NCBI GenBank assembly: GCA_950097015.1
Contig: CATNEN010000008.1
Coordinates: 992,001 to 1,056,000 of the forward strand
Source: Macrostomum hystrix
Taxonomy: Eukaryota; Animalia; Platyhelminthes
Length of the DNA: 64,000 nucleotides
Reading direction: 5' to 3'
Positions 57,408 to 64,000 of the stretch are shown here, one piece after another. Positions within the stretch are counted from its first letter, which is position 1, and each line of letters opens with the position of its first letter. The position numbers were made by a program, and so were the translations under genes. The notes beneath the pieces are model-generated. The model worked only from the letters and a program-made list of their open reading frames with translations, had not been told where the DNA came from and made no database searches.

Positions 57408-60400
57408 CAACAGCCTCATCAGCAGAGGTGAGAGAATTTTCTATTTCGCCTTCGTGGCTTTTTGTTAGGAAAATCACTTGGTATCAATGCCTGTCTGCGC
57501 ATGCTTCACCAAATATTTCTCAGTCTCTTTGTGGTATTTTCCTGTTTCGTTCGGGATCTCTCCTTTGCATTTGACCCTCAGGTCGGTACTCCCTTGGGTA
57601 AGCCGCGCATCCCTTATGATTGTTCTCTTAGTTGGCAGTTAGTTGGCAAAAAGTTTTGTCAACAGGTGCGTACGACCGATAGCTCAAACGGATGTTTCAT
57701 TTACTATAAAGGTGGCCAAAATAAGCAAATTGACATTGAGGCTTAGGTGCAAGATGAAAGCCAGAAAATTTCCATCCATGATTCAACTAGCACTAACTAC
57801 AGTAGGGCAGTGCTGCAAGTTTGTTGCACAATTTCCTGTGTAGAAACTGTCGCCTCTGAAATCTGGTGTAAAGATCTACCTAGCTAGACTTATGTCAGCT
57901 GCTTGACCATTCCTTCAGTGATATTATCTTGCCTTAGATTCATGCAACAGGCTTCCGCTCATCATGCGAGCGTATAGAAAGTTGCACCCAATGGAGAGTT
58001 AGAAATTCCTGAGCTGTATCTGGTTGCAATTTTAACCAACTGCCTTATAGACTGTTGAAAATCAAACCGTTGTTTATGCTGGTCTTTTTTTCTGGAGTTG
58101 GCCCTGGTGTAACAAGCCTCCAATTTTATAGCTCACTCTCTACCTATGTATAAATACAGTGACGTGACTAGTGAAATGTTTAGCGTTTTCTCAAGTGGCT
58201 CCATTTGTATAATAGCGAAACTAGGCGTGTTTATGTTAGAGCGAAGATCAACTGACATTTAAGCCACACGTTGGCAAAAGCGCAACATGTGAGAGAAATG
58301 ATGCCAAGACGAAGACCTTCATAAAGCCATTAAATTATGTAGTCTTTGTTTGAAGACTAACGCACTTAAGCCATAATAACATCGATTTACGAGTAGCCGC
58401 TTTACTGGTTTCGCATTAGCATAATTCAATATCAACTGCGGGTGAACTGTTTAAAAATGGACCTCGGCAAGAGACACGGGTGTCTGTCACCTGACCAGAC
58501 ACCTAATTAAAAATTCTCTCCAGAAGGCCAGTGCTGTAGGACTTGAAGAATTGGGGCCAACATTGCATTAATTACTTTGTTATACATGCCCAGTAGGAAA
58601 ATGAGACCAAGTCTTTGCCCTGGCCTTTACTTGCGCTCGCATGACACACTTTCTTTAAGTAATTCGGTTAGAAATGCAGTCCTCTTGTTCAGCTTGAAAT
58701 CTTATTGAGATGGTTAAATTTTCTCTTCCTAAAAATCAACGCACAACTTATAGGCCGTTTCGCAACGCTGCCGGCAGCAGGTCGGCCAGCGCCAGAAGTG
58801 CAGCCAGCTCCGGCTCGGGTGGCTACAACAGGGACAAAAGGACTCACTTGGAGGTGAGATTAGTGTTGAGTTCTGTGTTTTTGGTTGAAGGTAAAACGTT
58901 GACCTATATTTTAAAGACCTCAATAGAATAGATAAATAGAAATAGTGCCCAGTTTGCCCAGAGGGTACAGCCAGTAGCACAACAACAGCGCTTCAAAAGC
59001 GTATCCAATAGCTGTGTACAAGCGATCAGTCCATGGACCACCCAAATTTTTCTACCCAAGCGAATACGGGCACCAATTGTTTTATTTATAACTGAGTTAA
59101 GCAAGCTGAAAAACAGGAACTTAGTGACAGGTCACGGACGCCGATTGTTTCTTTGTCTAAGACTGAACACGCGACCTCTCAGTCAGTAGTTCAAAGCCCT
59201 AACTACTAGACATCTCAGTCAGTAGTTCAAAGCCCTAGCTACTAAACATCTCAGTCAGTAGTTCAAAGCACTAACTACTAGACCTCCCAGTCAGTAGTTC
59301 AAAGCCCTAACTACTAGACATCCCAGTCAGTAGTTCAAAGCCCTAACTACTAGACATCTCAGTCAGTAGTTCAAAGCCCTAACTACTAGACCTCCCAGTC
59401 AGTAGTTCAAAGCCCTAACTACTAGACCTCCCAGTCAGTAGTTCAAAGCCCTAACTACTAGACCTCCCAGTCAGTAGTTCAAAGCCCTAACTACTAGACC
59501 TCCCAGTCAGTAGTTCAAAGCCCTAACTACTAGACATCTCAGTCAGTAGTTCAAAGCCCTAACTACTAGACCTCCCAGTCAGTAGTTCAAAGCCCTAACT
59601 ACTAGACCTCCCAGACAGTAGTTCAAAGCCCTAACTACTAGACCTCCCAGTCAGTAGTTCAAAGCCCTAACTACTAGACCTCCCAGTCAGTAGTTCAAAG
59701 CCCTAACTACTAGACATCCCAGTCAGTAGTTCAAAGCCCTAACTACTAGACCTCCCAGTCAGTAGTTCAAAGCCCTAACTACTAGACCTCCCAGTCAGTA
59801 GTTCAAAGCCCTAACTACTAGACCTCCCAGTCAGTGGTTCAAAGCCCTAACTACTAGACCTCTCAGTCAGTAGTTCAAAGCCCTAACTACTAGACCTCCC
59901 AGTCAGTAGTTCAAAGCCCTAACTACTAGGCTACAACGTCCCTGAAAACAAAAAAATGCGTAGAACACTGCCCAAAGAGAAGCGAGTTAATGATTTATAT
60001 TTCTGAGACCGTTTTCGAACAAATGACTGTACTTTCCAATTAACTAACATTTTCACGAACTCTTGTTCACCAAAACCCTTGGCCCTGAAACCGATCAGAA
60101 CCAATGGCAAATGCGACTCCTGGATCCAAGAGTCAAGGTCTGAATGAGGCTAAGCTAAATCGTGCATTTATAGCTATATTTACCGATTCTGTAGATACTT
60201 TGCGCTTTCTTAGAAACTGATTTAACAACATCATCCTGAGTACTATTTAAATTATATTGCTTTCTTTAAAAGCTGATCGGAGCATTGAAACCGAATAAAA
60301 AAATATTTTATTCTGCTGTTTTTTGCCTAAACTCAATCAATGGCTTCAGTACTTTAGTTTCCTCGTGACAGAAAGTCCAATGCTTTCTCATATCTATTCC

Positions 60401-61852
60401 AACAGATCCTGGACGAGATTTGCACCCAGAATGGTTTGGGCAGTCCCTCCTACCAGGTTCAGTGTCACGAACTGCTGGAAACTAACACTGGCGTCAAGAG
60501 CAATTGGTTTCTCGGCAAGGTGGGTTGTTAATGCTATTTTAATAATGATCGACAGTATTTCTATGAAGCTGGGTGGTATCATCAGCGTAATTTGTTCTGA
60601 GTAGAACTACGCTTAACAATCTAGCACGCTACTAATCTGTCGCTAATTCAAGGTGATCATCGGCGGTGCCACAGGCTTCGGCGCCAGGCAGTACTCTGCG
60701 CACCGTTTTGCTCAAACAACTGACGAGGCTAGACTGGCAGCAGCCGAAGCAGCCCTGCTGAATCTCACCCAGCAGCAACAGCAGCAGCAGCAGCCAACAG
60801 GAATTTTCGCAACATCCGGCAACGACCACGCAGCTTTTATAGGTGAGTTTAATCGCATGCAGCAGCAGCATCAGCAGCAGCAGCAGCAGACATATCAAAC
60901 AATCCCAATGCTGGCGTCTGGAGCTCCTATGATGTCGATGGCCTGCCAGCAGCAGCTTCAACAGCCGCCGCAACCGCCGCCGCCTCCACCTCAGATAGCG
61001 ATGCTGCCGCATCAGTCTTTAACCTCAACGCTTCATCTAGCACCCGCTGGAAGCTGCTACCCAGGGTCCGTGCTTGCCTCATACGGTCAATTGCCACAGC
61101 ACCAGCAGCAGCAGCTGCAACAGCAGATGCCGATGCATCAGCTGCCACCGCATTTGTCTTTAACACAACCGCCGCTGCAGCTCTACCAGCTGCAACAGCA
61201 GCAGCAGCAGCAGCAGCATCAAATGCTGGCAGGTGACGCTGATTCCAGTGAGTCCTCGCCATGAAAGATGAAGTTTCGCTTCGAAGGTCGTTGACAGTTA
61301 AGCTTCGTTGGATGTTTAACTCAGTCCAATGCAATCCAAGCTGCATGAGGTTCTACAGTTTTTTGGTTATTTATTTTGTTTTTGTACTCTGCACTGGAAG
61401 TTATTGTTTCAACTTGACCATTTTATGCGTTGCTTTGTTTATTTCTTATTAGCGATGCTGTAAATTATAAGACTAATTAGACAGCCCCTTTTACCCTTAA
61501 TTCCGCACTGGCAGCCTCCGGCATGGCAGCCATGCCTTTGCCAGCCATCTCCGAGGCCGGATTTCACAATGCCTTCCTGTACGCACCCGGTGGCGCAGCG
61601 GATCCCGGCGCCGCTTATTTCGCCGCCGCAGCCGCAGCCGCTGCAGCTGCAGCCGCAGCGATGCCGCCTCCACCACCGCCGCCTCCACCGCCGCCGCCAC
61701 AGTCGCAACAGCAACAGCAGCAGCAGCAAGCCCAGTCTTCTCACCAGCACAGTGGCAATGCCGGAGTTGTTAACGGCGGCGGCCTCGTTCAGCAGCAACA
61801 GCAGGCATCATCGCATAATTCGGCTGAGATCTACGGACACTACTCTAATTGA
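55755..61852 (+). CDS. A1CF/RBM46/RBM47-family RNA-binding protein (3 RRMs plus a dsRBD-like domain, poly-Q), about 866 aa
   Basis: Phase-consistent exons 55755-56639 ([12 protein letters not shown]...[14 protein letters not shown]...IAVDWAEPE), 56794-56980, 57076-57427, 58754-58853, 60406-60519 ([16 protein letters not shown]), 60653-61247 and 61485-61852. The start codon is uncertain because the frame is open to 55551. Confidence 0.92.
59165..59936 (-). repeat. 36-bp tandem array (TCAGTAGTTCAAAGCCCTAACTACTAGACCTCCCAG) x about 21, expanded from inside a tRNA-derived SINE head
   Basis: The flanks supply the head ends: TGTAGCCTAGTAGTTAGG on the - strand at 59.93 kb and GAGGTCGCGTGTTCAGTC at 59.17 kb. 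Compare with the intact head at 24280-24340. Confidence 0.9.
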
Positions 61853-62994
61853 TCAACGCTCTTGATGGAGAAGGAGAGAAGTTAAACAAATCAATTCGAT
61901 TCGATCGCTGTTCATAATAGAGAAGGTCATATAAGACTATATCGGTAACTGGACCGTTTGCATCTGTAATCCCTTGTCAGTTGCTTTCTTCCCTGCCATC
62001 CACCCTCCCCGCCCGCTAGTGAAGTGCGTGCATTTCCGCAGTTGATTTCTACTGATCAAACAATTTCAAACCAACCATAAATCAAACCAAATGAGTCGTT
62101 AACTAAGCATAAATTCGCACAGGTTTGAATCCACAGCGGAATGACACTCTCTCTGATCTCCAAGTTGTTTGCTTGCGCTCTCTAAAAAGTCTGAGAAGCT
62201 AATGTGTCTATTATAATATTTCTATGTAAGCCTTGCAAACATGTGTCAGCTGTCCCATTGTGCGCTGAATTAATGTAATTTTCCTAGTAGTTAGTGCACT
62301 TCAAAACAACACCTAGGCACCATTGCTGCTTCTATTATATTTCTCCTTCGTTTTATTTATAAGCCCCTCTAACTAGCCGAGAATCCCCGCCTAGTTGACA
62401 GCATTTTCAGCTTTCTTCTGTATCAGATCCGTGTGCCTCTGTCTCTTTTACTTACTCTAGGAAGCTGCGTGCCTATTCAATTCATACTATCTGTCCTTTC
62501 ACAAGCTCAATAACGTACTAAGCATAGCAAGCTGTCTTAACACATTTCTGAACTATTATAATCCTATACTATGTTTAATCACCCAGTACTGACCCTGTTC
62601 TACGCACGTTCCTCATAAAACAAAGGTAAACTTGTTACTAAAATGCGTCTTTATCATTTTTAACATACTATATCTAGCATAAATCAACAATCTATTGTTA
62701 AAGCACTATGACTCACATACAGTTTATTGTGTGATGCCCGAATATTGTAAGAATAACGCGCATTGAATCCTGTAAGGCAGCCTCTCCCCTGAATTTCAGC
62801 TACCAGTGCAAGGCTGTCTGTCCTCTGCACTGATACAAATACAGATTAAGATCGACCCTTTTTTCTAAGCCCCAATTTGCAAAACAAACAAATGAGAAGG
62901 TCATCTTCATTGGCTGTTAATTTAGAAATGAATATTCAATTATGAGTTACTTTTTATAGATAAAAATTACACCCTGTCCATTAGGACCACACCT

Positions 62995-63065
62995 CCAAAG
63001 GCAGTGTACATCTGTTCAGTCCGTGGACTGGGGGCCCAGCTAGTTGAACTGAAGCAAATAGGGCA
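62995..63065 (-). mobile_element. SINE family B fragment
   Basis: CTGTTCAGTCCGTGGACTGGG...CCCAGCT..TTGAACTGAAGCAA matches 24140-24235. Confidence 0.55.
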
Positions 63066-63550
63066 TTAACCGTAGAAAGACCTGGGTATTTCAAATAGCA
63101 ACATTGTTCTCATTCTGTATCTCCTAAAATATTCAACTAATTAGCATGAAAATGCAGAACTCGGAATGACAAAACATAGGCATAGTCTGGATATTCAACA
63201 ATTCTCGCCGGGTGACTGAGGCAAAGACCACGAATATATATAGACAAGTTTTCTGCTCACAGAATTTAATTATGTAACCATATCGGCTTTAATACGAGTA
63301 CACTGTAGTTGATTATATTGTTAATATATACATTATATAACCAATACTGACTAGCCATAGAGGTTTTTCTGAACAATGTTACTTGTCCTTGTCACGAGGG
63401 TCGCTGAATATCTCGACGATGCTGACTCGGATGGTTTTGAAAGTTAGTTGATGGTAATGGGCGGAAAATTTCTATTCATATGTTGGACCTTCACAAAAAT
63501 CGGTCATTCGGTTTGGCATTTATCCTTAAGTAGCCAGTGGGTATTTGAAA
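63065..63550 (-). mobile_element. Second copy of the old degenerate repeat seen at 20990-21890
   Basis: Colinear blocks of identity as listed for the first copy. Confidence 0.5.
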
Positions 63551-64000
63551 TGCAAATAGACTTGGTCAGACGCATAAAATGACAGAAGCGTTTATGTACA
63601 TAACTTAAACTAAAAATTCCTGCATTAAGGCATTGTATTCATGAAATCTACATCAAGAAAATGTATTTATATTTATAAAAATCAATATAATGAATAAAAA
63701 TTCAAATAGAGCTCACAGCAAACAAACAAAAACTGATTTATCAGTTAAAGAATCACAAAAGAGAAAAAATTTTACTGACAATTCATCAGTAAACTAAAAA
63801 AAAACTGCCCCAATTTCAGATTCGATGTCAAGTATACAATGCAGCGATGGACTCATTAATAATATATAAGATCTATGCATTAATGCGCATTAAAAATTAA
63901 TGAAACTAAAAGGTATAGCATAACGATAAGGTAATTTTTTTCTAGAGCTAGCTAATGTTCAAGTTATATAAAAAATCAGGTAATCCAAAAATCTCCATTC

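Noticed and set aside
3512-59936. CRISPR arrays
   Set aside because: All arrays are head-to-tail repeats with no unique spacers, there are no cas genes, and the context is eukaryotic.

Overview
Eukaryotic (metazoan) genomic DNA with GT-AG introns, tRNA-derived SINEs and poly-Q/poly-A-rich proteins. The dense minisatellites and gene style suggest a flatworm such as Macrostomum, but that is an inference. I reconstructed seven spliced genes by hand with phase-consistent exons: an anion-selective Cys-loop channel (-, runs off the window start), a thioredoxin-like gene (-), a stargazin/TARP-like gene (+), a beta-arrestin-like gene (-), a divergent beta-tubulin (+), a Na/K-ATPase beta-like gene (-) and an A1CF/RBM46/RBM47-like RNA-binding gene (+). 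About 40% of the window is tandem repeat: 12 arrays with 16-58 bp units, including a 15.5 kb 48-bp array with multi-kb higher-order structure. Mobile DNA includes an IS630/Tc1-like element with DD30E spacing, nested Crypton-like tyrosine-recombinase remnants, two SINE families and a 5'-truncated LINE inside a SINE. The most striking pattern is that several arrays are amplified copies of local functional sequence: two multiply a splice donor of the same channel gene (7 and 12 copies), one multiplies part of a SINE tRNA head, and one multiplies CCAAT and GC boxes. Coordinates were counted manually and no database searches were run.
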